The translations under genes were made by a program, and so were the position numbers. Source: Chrysomallon squamiferum (lineage: Eukaryota; Animalia; Mollusca). From it: a DNA stretch of 64,000 bases. Where the stretch lies: the NCBI GenBank assembly GCA_012295275.1, contig CM022677.1:28086001-28150000 (forward strand), in the 5' to 3' direction. The notes under the pieces were generated by a model. It was not told the origin of the DNA. It saw only the letters and a program-made list of their open reading frames with translations, and did not search any database. Within the stretch, counting starts at the first letter, position 1. Every line of letters starts with the position of its first letter. Shown here in pieces: positions 27,301-41,698 of the stretch.

Positions 27301-28752
27301 GTCACATCTGTGGTCAAGATTGATATCTTTCAGAAAAGCTATTTTTATCTCTTTGACCTGTGACCTCTCACTCATCTAGACTGCACGCTTAACATGTGCA
27401 TGCAGCAATCACAGTATCTAATCTGCAAAATCTCAATTCTCATTGGCTGGTTACTGTTGGCATGGTGATAGCAGCCATATTTCATGCTGACTGTCAAAAT
27501 GAGACATGTGGCAATCCCATCAAAACAAAAACAGGAATGTTCAGTTAGTCTGACGTTTTATTTACAATTGTTCTCTTCTCTATTTTTATCTTAGGCTTTT
27601 TTTTAAATTTCCCTTCTTCGTAACTTTTTTCTTCTTTTTTTTCCAATTTTGGCTTCTATTTCCCATTTTCTAATGGATTTTTTAAACCCTTTTATTTCCT
27701 GTTTTTTTATGGTGAAGATTTTTTTTTAATTAATTTTTTTTTTTTTTTTCCCTTCTGAATGTGAAAGTGCAGTGACTCAGGGCCAAATCCAGACTGTGTC
27801 TGGGGGTGAGGTGATGTCTGCACCACGCATCCATCTCGACACTGGTAATCACTGAAGTGTGAAATCACTAAATTAAACATTTTCTCAAGCTGGGACTGCA
27901 CGAAGCCTGCTTTTCTTCTTTCATTTCTATCAGCTTTTTTTTTTTTTTTTTTTTTGCTCAATTCCATTTTCATTATTAATATCACATTAATATTACTACT
28001 ACTATCGTAACTATCACAGCTACCACTATTATTTTTACTATTACTACTACTACTACTACTACTATTACTTCTACTACAACTACCACTATTACTACTACTA
28101 CTAATACTACTACTAATACTACTACTACCATTACTACTACTACTACTACTACTACTACTATTACTACTACTACTATTACTACTACTACTACTACTACTAT
28201 TATTACTACTACTACTACTAATACTATTATTACTACTACTACTACTACTAGTACTACTACTACTACTCAAATTTCATGAAGCAGCAAGAATAAATTACCT
28301 GCGATTCAAAAGCGTAACAAGTGAATCTGACAGATCAAAGATTTCAATGGCATGTCTTGGTTGACCGATTCTCAACAGAATCACTCAACCATTGCACATA
28401 GGTGCGTAAGTGTAGTAAGTGAAAACTCAGTTACTTTGTTCACTGAGAAACAGAGCTGGATTCAGTATACAAACTAAGTTTAATGTACTCACTTAAAGAA
28501 AGGTAATACTTTGAAAAAAGTAAACATATCTTTATGTTTTGAGTAGAAAAGTGTTTGACAAGGTTAAAAGTACTTGACATGTTCATAAAGTGAGAGCACA
28601 GACTGTCAGTATTTCAGTTCTGTAATATTAATACAGTGTTTGAATGAATGCATGTACATATAGTGTATTTCATGAAACATTTTTTATGATATGGACATAT
28701 ATATATATATATATATATATAGATAACAAGATTTCTGTGATAAACTAAGTCA

Positions 28753-28835
<83 letters not shown>

Positions 28836-30092
28836 ATTATTTTTAAACTCAGACAACGATTTGATGAAAAAGAAAGAATATAGAGGAAAAATAAAAGAGA
28901 AAAGAAATAAGGACAAAAACAGAATAACTAATAAAAGAAAAAGAAAAGTTAGAGCCAGATTTGAAAGGATTATCCAGAGATAAACACAAAGAGTGAAAAC
29001 ATCAGATAAACACAGAAAAAGAGAAAGAGATAAAGGACAAGATCATTTCAAAACAAATACAAACAAAAATGTAAAGTTTAATATTACTGTTTTAAAACAG
29101 ACACATACAAACAACAATGTAAAGTTTAATATTACTGTTTTAATCTCCTGAGAGTCATCAGTTATTAGAGCACTGTTTGTTATGTCAAACAAACATATCA
29201 GATCTGTGTAGAGTCTTTTCAAAACATTCTGAAGCGACACTGCATTTCAAGTGTGACATTTTGTAATCATTACAGCGTGTAACTTGACTACACTTGACTA
29301 CACTTTGTCTGACAGTACTAAGGTCCGAAGAGGAAGAATAGTGTTAATATTCTGTTTTGTTTCTCTGGGTTTTTCTCTCTGCTTTCTGACTGTTGTTATT
29401 TGTTATTTTGATGTTTTTCTCTCTGCTTTCTGACTGTTGTTATTTGTTATTTTGATCTTTTTATCTGCTTTTATTATTGTCTATGTTGCTGTTAGTACTA
29501 TCACTACAACATATTTGTTATATTTCTAATTATTCTTGTCTCCTTGTTGCTCTCACTATTATTATTAACTGAAAATTACAACACTCTTTTAATAATTCAA
29601 CTGAATTAACAAGAGTATGTTTTAGCTAGTTTTAAATACCACATAAATATCACATTACATTTTAAACAAAGATACACTGTCAAAAAATAGAAAATATATG
29701 TTAACAAAGACACACACGCTATTATAACAATAATCTAAAATATCACATTAGATATTAAACAATATATGGATAATACCCAAATACCCATTGTATACTGAAT
29801 ATTACATGTAAAGTATTGTATCACAGATCAGTGTAACAGTACACAGTGGACCACTTGTTACTTGATTTATACAGACAACCACCACAAGATCAATGACGAG
29901 GTATCAGTGTCACTGTGACAGATCACTAATCACTATATATATGTGTGTTCAGCATGACATGTGTCACTTTATCTTTGTCACATAAGCAGCTGTCATTATC
30001 AAGTTAACAATACATTTGTTATCTGAATGTACCTGTGTGTCTGTTTATTGTGAAACAGAGAACAGTTTATTTAGTATCTTTGTAGCATTTAG

Positions 30093-30128
<36 letters not shown>

Positions 30129-30500
30129 TATATTTTTGTTTGTTTATTACTGATTTTAATAATAATAATAATAATAATAGTAGTAATAGTTTTAGTTGTA
30201 GTAGTGGTAATAACAGTAGCAACAACAGCAGCAGTAGTAGTAGTAATTATAACAATTAGTATTATAGTTAGTAATAATGGCAACACATCCAGTATAGAAG
30301 TAGTAGTTGTACAAGTAACATGAATAGTTGCAACAATGTAACAGCAGTTTAACAATGGTTGTAATAGTGGTAAAATCAATAGTGGTAAAATCAATAGTAG
30401 TAAAATCAATAGTAGTAAAATCAATAGTAGTAAAAATGATAATATTGTAAATTTTAGTAATGTAGTAATATTAATATCATAATGTGGTGATAGTAATAGC

Positions 30501-30531
<31 letters not shown>

Positions 30532-31845
30532 ATAGTAGTAGTAGCAGTAGTAGCAGTAGTAATTATAATAGTATCAATTACTACTATAGTATTGCAGTAT
30601 TGATAATGGAAACAACAGTTGTTACAGTATAGAGTAATGGTAAAAATAATGGAAAATATTATTGGTGACAGACTTAATAATAATATGAGCAGAATGTAGT
30701 AGCAGTAAAAAAAACAAAAAAAACAACAACACATAGATACAAAAAAAGAATAAAAAAGAAAAACATAACTAAAATAGCTTTTCAACACACACAATGTAAC
30801 TACACTTAATTGATATAATTCTCAACTTGGTTTCACTTGAATCTACAATCGCACACATCTATCAAAGCCATTAATGTGTTGTTTGTTGAGAAAACCAGTC
30901 TGTCAATCACTAACAAAGAATTATCACAAACTACATCAGTCTGCACTTTCATTACACTACCAGCACACAAGTGAGAAAATTGTCGCTGGACAGTTTTACT
31001 GAGCCTGTAATCTGATTTTTTCTTTTTTTTTAAAAACACATGCTGTATCCCCTCAATTCCAGTTGCTGCAAACTGTCAGCTCCAAATTACCTCTCTTTCA
31101 CATGACTAATCCATAATCCTTTGTGCGATTGGCTGAGCCTTTGTGCCAGGCTTGCCCAACTCGTCTCTAATCAATGCTGATTGGTTAATCTGATTGTACT
31201 GAACAGCAGACTGGCGCCAGGGTGGCTGCTGGTGACAATGAAGTGACGTACACAGCAATCATGTTCAATGAATGTTTTGAGGACAAAAAATAAAAAAAGA
31301 ATAAACCAAGACAATTGACAAGTGTAAATTATAACAGAATGTTACACTTCAGGTAAAAAACCTCCGGTAAACTGAGGTGTTGACAAAACAGTTTAGTTAA
31401 TAATAGATTATTATGGTTATTACTATTATTATTATTATTGTTATTATAATTACTGTTATTGTTTTTGTTATTATTATTATTCCTTTATTTCTTTCTTATT
31501 TGATTATTTATTATTATTTTTTTAATATTGTATTACTACAAAATGTTTTGCTAATTTAAAATGTGTAAAATTCAAACAGTTAAATTTTAGTAAAGCCAAT
31601 ATATATACAAATGATACATAAAATTATTATACTTCACTAAAACAAATACTGAGCAGATAACAAAAAACAGAAATTTTACTCATGGTTTTGGTTTCTGTTG
31701 GTTTTTTTCTGTTTCCTTATTTTTTTTCATTTTTTTATTTTTTTTGACAGAGCAAAGACTTTAATGTAACGTACATGCAGCTCAAGATATCAGTTTATCT
31801 GGTAATTTTATATCTCTCTTTCTCACCCACGCACGCACTCACTCA

Positions 31846-31893
<48 letters not shown>

Positions 31894-31910
31894 AACACTC
31901 ACACTCACAA

Positions 31911-31959
<49 letters not shown>

Positions 31960-33389
31960 GACAACTCACTCACACACACACACACAGTCATCAATTTGTC
32001 TAGTCTACACTGACAGCTGTAGTCTACACTGAGACTGATAACAAGCTGCCGATGTGGCCGTCTCGCATGCTGCAGTCTCTCGACGTGAAGACAAGATATG
32101 AAGAAAACTATTTACAACTGAGAAGATAAAGAGGAGGTTTTTTAACATATTGATTTGTGTCAGATGTGATGAGTCATGCGAGATGAAATAAAAATTAAAA
32201 TGGAGGCTGTTTAATGTTTCCAAGGCTAAGAAAACGACTTTTTTTGACAAAATTTCTTACGTGAAAAAATTAAATAATAATGAAAAAAGAGTGATATGTT
32301 TTCCATGACAGATTTTTTCAGGCTTTAAAAATAATTTGAAATACCACTGACAGAGATGTTCTGATGAAGTAGAATTCAAATAAAGAACCTTAAAAAAAAT
32401 ATAAAAAAAAACACAGCAATGGAATATTAGTTTGTTACACACTTCAGCAAAGGTTAAAAAAAAATATATATATATAAACTAAAAATAAAAATAAATTTAA
32501 TAGGTAAATGAATAAACAAAATAAAAACAAAACAACAATAGCAGTAATAATAAACTAAGTGACAGACTGCACTGCACCAACCACAGCAGGTTTATCATTG
32601 CACGTTTTCCCGTTCTCACCCAGAGGAAATAAAATAAAATAAGAGTATTTATTTATTCTAATTACTTATTATTATGTAACTAACTGGTAAATAATGAACA
32701 GGGATAACACATGTTCATACAAATACTCCCGGTATTACACCAGCAGGTTTTAATAATGACCTGTACAACATGTGTTAATGTATACAGTAACTGTCATTGT
32801 TTATTTTTATTCTCCGTAGGCAATAAATAATTAAGTGGTTATGTTGTTGCAAACATTAATCAGTATTTCTAGCATTCCCATTCATAGACAAAGATAGATG
32901 TACAGACAAACTGACAAACTGAGACAGACAAAGCCTGAGAGACACAAAGAGATAATGAGAAATAGAGAAAGAGAGAAAGAAAAAGAGAAATAACGATAGG
33001 GTTTGTTTTGAGGTGATCAAATATTCCAAATGTTCAAAACTATTTTTTCTTAACCAAAATGCATGAAGAAATGACAGCGGTCACTAGGTTTAAGCAAATA
33101 CTGTTTTAAAACTAGATTAAAACTTCAAGTACTCTCATGTTAAGCAGACTGTCAACAGCTCTTCACTTTATCTCCCTTCCAGCTCACTGTAACTTACTTA
33201 TTTCCCATTCCAAACATCAGGTTTTATCACAGTGTTCTGCTGATAAACTGATTTCCTCTTCTCCAGTTTCAACTACAAATGATTTACCAAATTCTCTGTG
33301 GAATGTTATGTTGAATTATTCCAGTTTCTACAAACTGTTTGATTTATGACAGCAGTTTGTCTTGATTGGATAGATAGCTAGATAAGTAG

Positions 33390-33430
<41 letters not shown>

Positions 33431-33846
33431 CAGAGACAGAGAGTCAGAGAGTGAGACAGAAAGAAGAAGAGAGAGAGACAGAAAGAACAAGAGAGAGAAA
33501 AAACGAGAGAGAGAGAGAGACAGAAAGAGCAAGAAAGAGAGAGATTGTAAATTTAGTAACCTAATTATTAAAACATCTAACAGATGACCTTTTCACATTT
33601 GTAGGAAGCAGCAGAACTTTAATCACTTTATGTAGACTTAACCTTTACAGCTCTCACACCTGTGGATAACATTACATAAAAGTTGAGTACCTGGACAGAA
33701 AAGTCAGACTAGAAAAAACAAACTTCTCTGAGATGTCTATCAACACACAGTGTCTGCTGTACCCCCTGGCGTCTGCTTTCAAGCCAGATACACCCCCCCT
33801 CCCCGAGGAATTCATTTCCGGTCAGAGCAGACTCTGTGTCCCTCTC

Positions 33847-33872
33847 TTAGACTACAACTCATTACTCTTAAT

Positions 33873-33923
<51 letters not shown>

Positions 33924-33948
33924 GTGTTTGTGTGTATCTGTGTGTGTA

Positions 33949-33995
<47 letters not shown>

Positions 33996-34233
33996 GGCTA
34001 CAACTCATTACTCTTAATTAGTGTGTGTGTGTGTGTGTCTGTGTGTGTGTCTGTGTGTGTGTGAGTGTGTGTGTGTGTCTGTGTGTGTGTGTGTTAGACT
34101 ACAACTCATTACTCTTAATTAGAAAGAATTGTACGTTTGTACGTTTGTGTGTGTGTGTGTATGTCTGTGTGTATGTGTGTGTCTGTGTGTGTGTGTGTGT
34201 TAGGCTACAACTCATTACTCTTAATCAGAAAGA

Positions 34234-34299
<66 letters not shown>

Positions 34300-34352
34300 G
34301 CTACAACTCATTACTCTTAATCAGAAAGAATTGTGTGTGTGTGTGTGTGTGT

Positions 34353-34384
<32 letters not shown>

Positions 34385-34561
34385 TAGGCTACAACTCATT
34401 ACTCTTAATTAGAAAGAATTGTGTGTGTGACTGTGTGTGTGTGTGTGTGTCTCTGTGTGTGTGTGTTAGGCTACAACTCATTACTCTTAATCAGAAAGAA
34501 TTGTGTGTGTGTGTGTGTGTGTGTGTGTTACGCTACAACTCATTACTCTTAATCAGAAAGA

Positions 34562-34630
<69 letters not shown>

Positions 34631-34673
34631 GGCTACAACTCATTACTCTTAATTAGAAAGAATTGTGTGTGTG

Positions 34674-34707
<34 letters not shown>

Positions 34708-34817
34708 TGTGTGTGTGTTAGACTACAACTCATTACTCTTAATTAGAAAGAATTGTCTGTGTGTGTCTGTCTGTGTGTGTGTGTTAGGCTACAACTCATT
34801 ACTCTTAATTAGAAAGA

Positions 34818-34857
<40 letters not shown>
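33847..34857. repeat. Compound array: constant ~37-bp unit separated by variable (TG)n tracts, about 11 copies
   Basis: Unit TTAGGCTACAACTCATTACTCTTAATTAGAAAGAATT. Confidence 0.95.
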
Positions 34858-35339
34858 ACATTGATTAATAAGAAAGTTCAAGTCACCCTAATACAAATAA
34901 TTATTACAAATTTACACATCTTTGGAATAACACTACCTGCAGGTAAAAAAACATATTTTTATATTTTTATTTTAACATTGCACTGATTTTTCTCTTTCTC
35001 TCTTGGTCTCTCTTTCTACATCTTGTCTATTTTTCTTTCTCTCTGTGTCTCTCTTTCTATGTCTTGTCTATTTTTCTCTTTGTCTTGCTCTCTGAATAGC
35101 AAGACTCCCATTTGTCTATCTGTCACTCATTCATTCATTCTTTTTCTCTCTAACTCTGTATATTCAGATAACCTCTGCAGAATCTAGAGGTGCCCACACA
35201 AGAGGTAAACAGGAATAAAAGAAAATTAAAAACAGTTTGTGTAGATATCTTTGTTAAATGTATCTCTGTGTGACACTAAATTGTGTTGTTATCAGTGGTT
35301 TAAACAGGATGTTGTTACTGGTACACAAACCTCACAGTT

Positions 35340-37492
35340 ATGTGTCTGAACACTGTATTATCTGTTAGTATGTTGTATGTGTGTCTGACATTGTGTTGTG
35401 TGTCTGAACACTGTATTATCTGTTAGTATGTTGTGTGTGTGTCTGAACACTGTATTATCTGTTAGTATGTTGTATGTGTGTCTTACATTGTGTTGTGTGT
35501 CTGAACACTGTATTATCTGTTAGTATGTTGTGTGTGTGTCTTACATTGTGTTGTGTGTCTGAACACTATTATCTGTTAGTATGTTGTGTGTGTGTCTTAC
35601 ATTGTGTTGTGTGTGTGAACACTGTATTATCTGTTAGTATGTTGTATGTGTGTCTTACATTGTGTTGTGTGTCTGAACACTGTATTATCTGTTAGTATGT
35701 TGTGTGTGTGTCTGAACACTGTATTATCTGTTAGTATGTTGTATGTGTGTCGTGTGTCTGAACACTGTATTATCTGTTAGTATGTTGTGTGTGTGTCTGA
35801 ACACTGTATTATCTGTTAGTATGTTGTATGTGTGTCTGACATTGTGTTGTGTGTCTGAACACTGTATTATCTGTTAGTATGTTGTATGTTCTCTGAACAC
35901 TGTATTATCTGTTAGTATGTTGTATGTGTGTCTGACATTGTGTTGTGTGTCTGAACACTGTATTATCTGAACACTATTATCTGTTAGTATGTTGTGTGTG
36001 TGTTTGAACACTGTATTATCTGTTAGTATGTTGTATGTGTGTCTGACATTGTTGTGTGTCTGAACACTATTATCTGTTAGTATGTTGTATGTGTGTCTGA
36101 ACACTGTATTATCTGTTAGTATGTTGTATGTGTGTCTGAACACTGTATTATCTGTTAGTATGTTGTATGTGTGTCTGACATTGTGTTGTGTGTCTGAACA
36201 CTATTATCTGTTAGTATGTTGTATGTGTGTCTGAACACTGTATTATCTGTTAGTATGTTGTATGTGTGTCTGACATTGTGTTGTGTGTCTGAACACTGTA
36301 TTATCTGTTAGTATGTTGTATGTGTGTCTGACATTGTGTTGTGTGTCTGAACACTGTATTATCTGTTAGTATGTTGTATGTGTGTCTGACATTGTGTTGT
36401 GTGTCTGAACACTGTATTATCTGTTAGTATGTTGTGTGTGTGTCTGACATTGTGTTGTGTGTCTGAACACTGTATTATCTGTTAGTATGTTGTATGTGTG
36501 TCTGACATTGTGTTGTGTGTGTGAACACTGATTATCTGTTAGTATGTTGTGTGTGTGTCTGAACACTGTATTATCTGTTAGTATGTTGTATGTGTGTCTG
36601 ACATTGTGTTGTGTCTGAACACTGTATTATCTGTTAGTATGTTGTGTGTGTGTCTGAACACTGTATTATCTGTTAGTATGTTGTATGTGTGTCTGACATT
36701 GTGTTGTGTGTCTGAACACTGTATTATCTGTTAGTATGTTGTATGTTCTCTGAACACTGTATTATCTGTTAGTATGTTGTATGTGTGTCTGACATTGTGT
36801 TGTGTGTGTGAACACTGTATTATCTGTTAGTATGTTGTGTGTGTGTCTGAACACTGTATTATCTGTTAGTATGTTGTATGTGTGTCGTGTGTCTGAACAC
36901 TGTATTATCTGTTAGTATGTTGTGTGTGTGTCTGAACACTGTATTATCTGTTAGTATGTTGTATGTGTGTCTGACATTGTGTTGTGTGTCTGAACACTGT
37001 ATTATCTGTTAGTATGTTGTATGTGTGTCTTACATTGTGTTGTGTGTCTGAACACTGTATTATCTGTTAGTATGTTGTGTGTGTGTCTGAACACTGTATT
37101 ATCTGTTAGTATGTTGTATGTGTGTGTGTGTCTGAACACTGTATTATCTGTTAGTATGTTGTGTGTTTGTCTGAACACTGTATTATCTGTTAGTATGTTG
37201 TATGTGTGTCTGACATTGTGTTGTGTGTCTGAACACTGTATTATCTGTTAGTATGTTGTGTGTGTGTCTGAACACTGTATTATCTGTTAGTATGTTGTAT
37301 GTGTGTCTGACATTGTGTTGTGTGTCTGAACACTGTATTATCTGTTAGTATGTTGTATATGTGTCTGAACACTGTATTATCTGTTAGTATGTTGTGTGTG
37401 TGTCTTACATTGTGTTGTGTGTCTGAACACTGTATTATGTGTTAGTATGTTGTATGTGTGAATACTACACACTGTATTATCTGTTAGTATGT
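35340..37492. repeat. Minisatellite with alternating ~38-bp and ~57-bp units
   Basis: Core TGTCTGAACACTGTATTATCTGTTAGTATGTTGT with or without GACATTGTGTTGTG. Confidence 0.95.
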
Positions 37493-37632
37493 GAGTTTTA
37501 CATTAAGTGTTTATCTCTGTTACATTTGACATGATCTGTTATGATTTTATATGTAAGTTACATTAAGTATTATTGTAATATAAATGTGTGTACTGCATTA
37601 TATTTGTATATCTGTGTAACAGTGTGTTATAC

Positions 37633-37681
<49 letters not shown>

Positions 37682-37686
37682 GCAAC

Positions 37687-37755
37687 TGTACATGTATCAG
37701 CATGGTGTAAAAGGAATTGTTTTTTTATGTTGTGAGGTTTTGTATCAGAGATTAC

Positions 37756-37808
<53 letters not shown>

Positions 37809-37840
37809 TATTCCTTTTACAGCACGCTGATACATGTACA
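37687..37840. mobile_element. Possible MITE-like element with 31-bp terminal inverted repeats
   Basis: 37687-37717 and 37810-37840 are reverse complements with 2 mismatches. Confidence 0.45.
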
Positions 37841-40376
37841 CTAAACTTTAATTATTTTCCAGCTGATAGGAATGTTTCAGATATATATATACCAGAAAAA
37901 AAAAAACATAAACTGTAAAAAAGGAATAAAATAAAATATCAAACAACATTTAAAGAAAAGTAATTTATATTATGCTATAATGGCAAAGAAAGATCCAGAA
38001 TTAAATGGTGAAGAATTTATTTTTTATTTATTTATTTATCTTTTAACAACTAATAAGAACATTTTAAATTAGTTATTTTATGTATTTTATGCACCAAAAA
38101 CTAAAGAGTTAATATTAAATTTCTATTTGTTAATGAATTGGATTTTCTCATTTACAAAGATAAATACACAGTTTCAAAACCATTATCATTCATAATTAAG
38201 CACACACACGCACACGCACACACACACACACACAGATAACTCAAACAGAATATAAGGTATTTTTGACATGATAATAAATTACTCTGTATTTAGAAACACA
38301 AAAGTAGACAACTGATGTGTAAAATAATCTTTTCACTTAGAGGAATCTCTTCAAGAAATGAAACTTCTGAATACAACCACAGAACTGTGGAAAATAAGAA
38401 TTTTAGAATCTACGGAAAAGTATCCACAAAATAATGTCAGAACACAAGAGAAACCTCAGAATGCGTGAGATTACAGGACACAAGAGAAATCTCAGAATGC
38501 GTGAGATTACAGGACAGAGGGGAAAGCTCAAAATAAAGGGAAACAAATATGTCAGAACACAAGACAACACTCACTCACTCATCATAAGAACAAATTTCAG
38601 AAAACTGAAAGATTCCAAGAAATGAAAACTTCCTGGAATACATCAGAGGTAATGCAGAGAAATCAGAGTGAAAAACCTCAGAAGAAGACAAGCTGACTAC
38701 AGTTTTTACATTTGAAAGTTACACAAGGTAAAGTTATCTGTGGACAGTCTAAACTGTGGTCTTTCAGAAGGTTGTGATGTATCTGACACAACACACACAG
38801 AACTGGTAATAGGCTCCATTACACCAATTATCTCTGCCATACACAGCAACCTTCACTGTAGATTAGTTCAAAAATGTGAAATTTACCAGATTTAAACACA
38901 GAAACTTTACACAGAAACTTTACTGTTTTGTTTCTTTCGTTTTGTGTTTAATTTAATAAATTTAATTGTTTAGTTTAATGAATTTAATTGTTTAATTTAA
39001 TAAATTTAATTGTTTAATTTAATAAATTTAATTGTTGTATAAAGACAGAAGGAAACAATTTACTGCTGTGTTAAGTTTTAATTTTAATAAGATTATATAA
39101 CTTAATGCACTAAATTAATTTTTAAATTCTTAGATAATAAAATGTATTATCCATCTTAAAGCATTTATTTGCTATTTTACAACAGAAAAGGTTAATTAAC
39201 ATAAGTGCCCTGTCTCAGTAAAGTTATATTAATCAGATTGATAATCTTGTGTGATTTACTAAAACCAGATTTAGTGTATGATAATCTTGTGTGAGTTATG
39301 TTAAGAATAAAAAATATTAAAATATGATAAATAGGTAAAACCAGATTTAGTGTATTCATGTCTGTTGTCCTAGATGTATACAAATATTTAAATATTTCTT
39401 GATCACTATTTTTTATTTTGTTAAAGTGATATCACATATGCAAAGAAAGGAGATTCAATTTAAAATGCTTTTAACTATTTTTCCAAATTGTGTCCAGTCT
39501 TCTAAAATTTCAATAATAAAAGAAAGAACTCAGAATTATGCAAATATTTACTTTGCCCACATTCAGAAGATGAGTACAAATGGCTGACAGCAGTCCTGCA
39601 GTAAATACAAAAAGTGAGTTGATTGGTCGAGACGTGTATTGTTGGAAAGGGTCAGCCAGATGGATTTAGCAGCAGGGGGACAATGGATTAATGATCCACT
39701 TCAATCAGTGAGATGAGACCCATGTGAGTAGACTAGTTAGTGAGACTGAAAGTGAGATCAGAAGTTTAGGAGAAAACTGAAAGTCTAATCAATGTATGAG
39801 TTCTATACTGGACATCTCAAACATTATTCATAGGCAGCATGTAAAAGATTAAAGGTTTTCATTGATATTCATGAATTTGACACATTTAAATAATAAACAA
39901 ATCTCTGAAATGACATACACATAGCAATAACAAAAAAATCATAAATATTTTATATCAGATATAATTATGTTGTGTCTTGTTTATCCTAAAACTGGTTTAT
40001 CAAATAATGTGCACTTTCCTAAGTAAGTGAAGAGCTCTGAAAGATAATTCTAAACATAGCCCACAGAGCTTTTCGATGCATTATTCAAAGCTTAGCTAGT
40101 ATTTTATTTTTTTTATTTTAATAACAACAAAAATAAAAAATACATATGTATATTAAATATAAATTGCAGAAGCATTATACCTTCAAGAATTTTGTTTTTG
40201 TTACATAATTTTAAACCTAATTTGAAAATGTGCTGTAATAGTAAAGACAGAATAACATGGAAATTACTCTCTATATGTTTCCTAGGGTATAACAAGAAGA
40301 CTGTTCTAACTAGGTGAACTATCAAACAGAAATGTAAGTGAGAAAGAGACTTCTGTCAACACCCAGGTGTGTTTTA

Positions 40377-40409
<33 letters not shown>

Positions 40410-41144
40410 CCAGTGTTTCTAAACACAAATATCAACTCTTTGTTGAGACTAGTGGCTACTGGATATTTATAACTTACTGGAAGAAACTGGTATTTTTTAA
40501 ATTACTAGAATAACTAGATATTGTAAATGGAACAAATGTATTAACATTTTTAAATATTATTTCTGATTAAACTGCCTTACTTATAATAATAATAAAAATA
40601 ACACACTTTTGTAATTATGAAAAAAAAAAGTACTCAGAGAAGTTAGAAAATTAAAGACAGAAATAACAATTGCCTTAGTTATAATAAGATAATAAAAGAA
40701 AATAATAATAATAATGCTATATACCAACAAAAGTTTTAAATAAGATCATCTTTTTTAATTAGTGTTTTAGAAAATGAGAAAAATAAAATAAGGTAAACAA
40801 AGGTAAGACAATTTCTCAACTGAATAATCGTTTTTTCATTTCAGAAAAAGAAAAGTCAGTTCACTCAGAGATAAATACAGTGTCTCAGCAGGCTAATCTT
40901 TCTATTTCAGATCTGGAAATGTTATCTACAATTTCAGGTGAGTTCTTAACTGCTGACCCAGATACTGGAGGCATTCACAGATTGATAAAACAGCTCACGT
41001 GGAGAAAGTGAAGTCTTGTTAACATGCTTACACTGTCAGGAATGAATAGAACTATGTCTATTCTGTGTTGTTTGATAAAGTTATACAGTTTATAAAGTTA
41101 AGTAAAATTAGGTTTTATTCAAGTAAATGTGTGTGTTGTTTCTT

Positions 41145-41698
41145 TGACATGAAATCAGTTACAAAGAAAAATAACAAAAGAGAGAGAGAGACAGAGAATT
41201 GACAAGAAAAGTTAAGAGAAAAATAACAAAAGAGAGAGAGAGACAGAGAATTGACAAGAAAACAGTTACAAAGAAAAATAACGAAACATAGAGAGATAGA
41301 GAATTGACATGAAAACAGTTATAAAGAAAAATAACGAAACATAGAGAGATAGAGAATTGACAAGAAAACAGTTACAAAGAAAAATAACAAAAAACAGAGA
41401 GAGATAGAGAATTGACATGAAATCAGTTATAAAGAAAAATAACAAAACAGAGAGAGATAGAGAATTGACAAAAAAACAGTTACAGAGAAAAATAACAAAA
41501 GAGAGAGAGACAGAGAATTGACAAGAAAACAGTTATAGAGAAAAATAACAAAACAAAAATTGACAAGAAAACAGTTATAGAGAAAAATAACAAAACAGAG
41601 AGAGATAGAGAGAGAATTGACAAGAAAACAGTTATAGAGAAAAATAACAAAACAGAGAGAGATAGAGAATTGACAAGAAAACAGTTATAGAGAAAAAA
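41145..41698. repeat. ~50-bp purine-rich minisatellite
   Basis: Unit GAATTGACAAGAAAACAGTTATAGAGAAAAATAACAAAA(GA)n. Confidence 0.9.

Noticed and set aside
33847-34857. CRISPR-like repeat/spacer appearance
   Set aside because: Eukaryotic intron; spacers are (TG)n rather than unique sequence; no cas genes.
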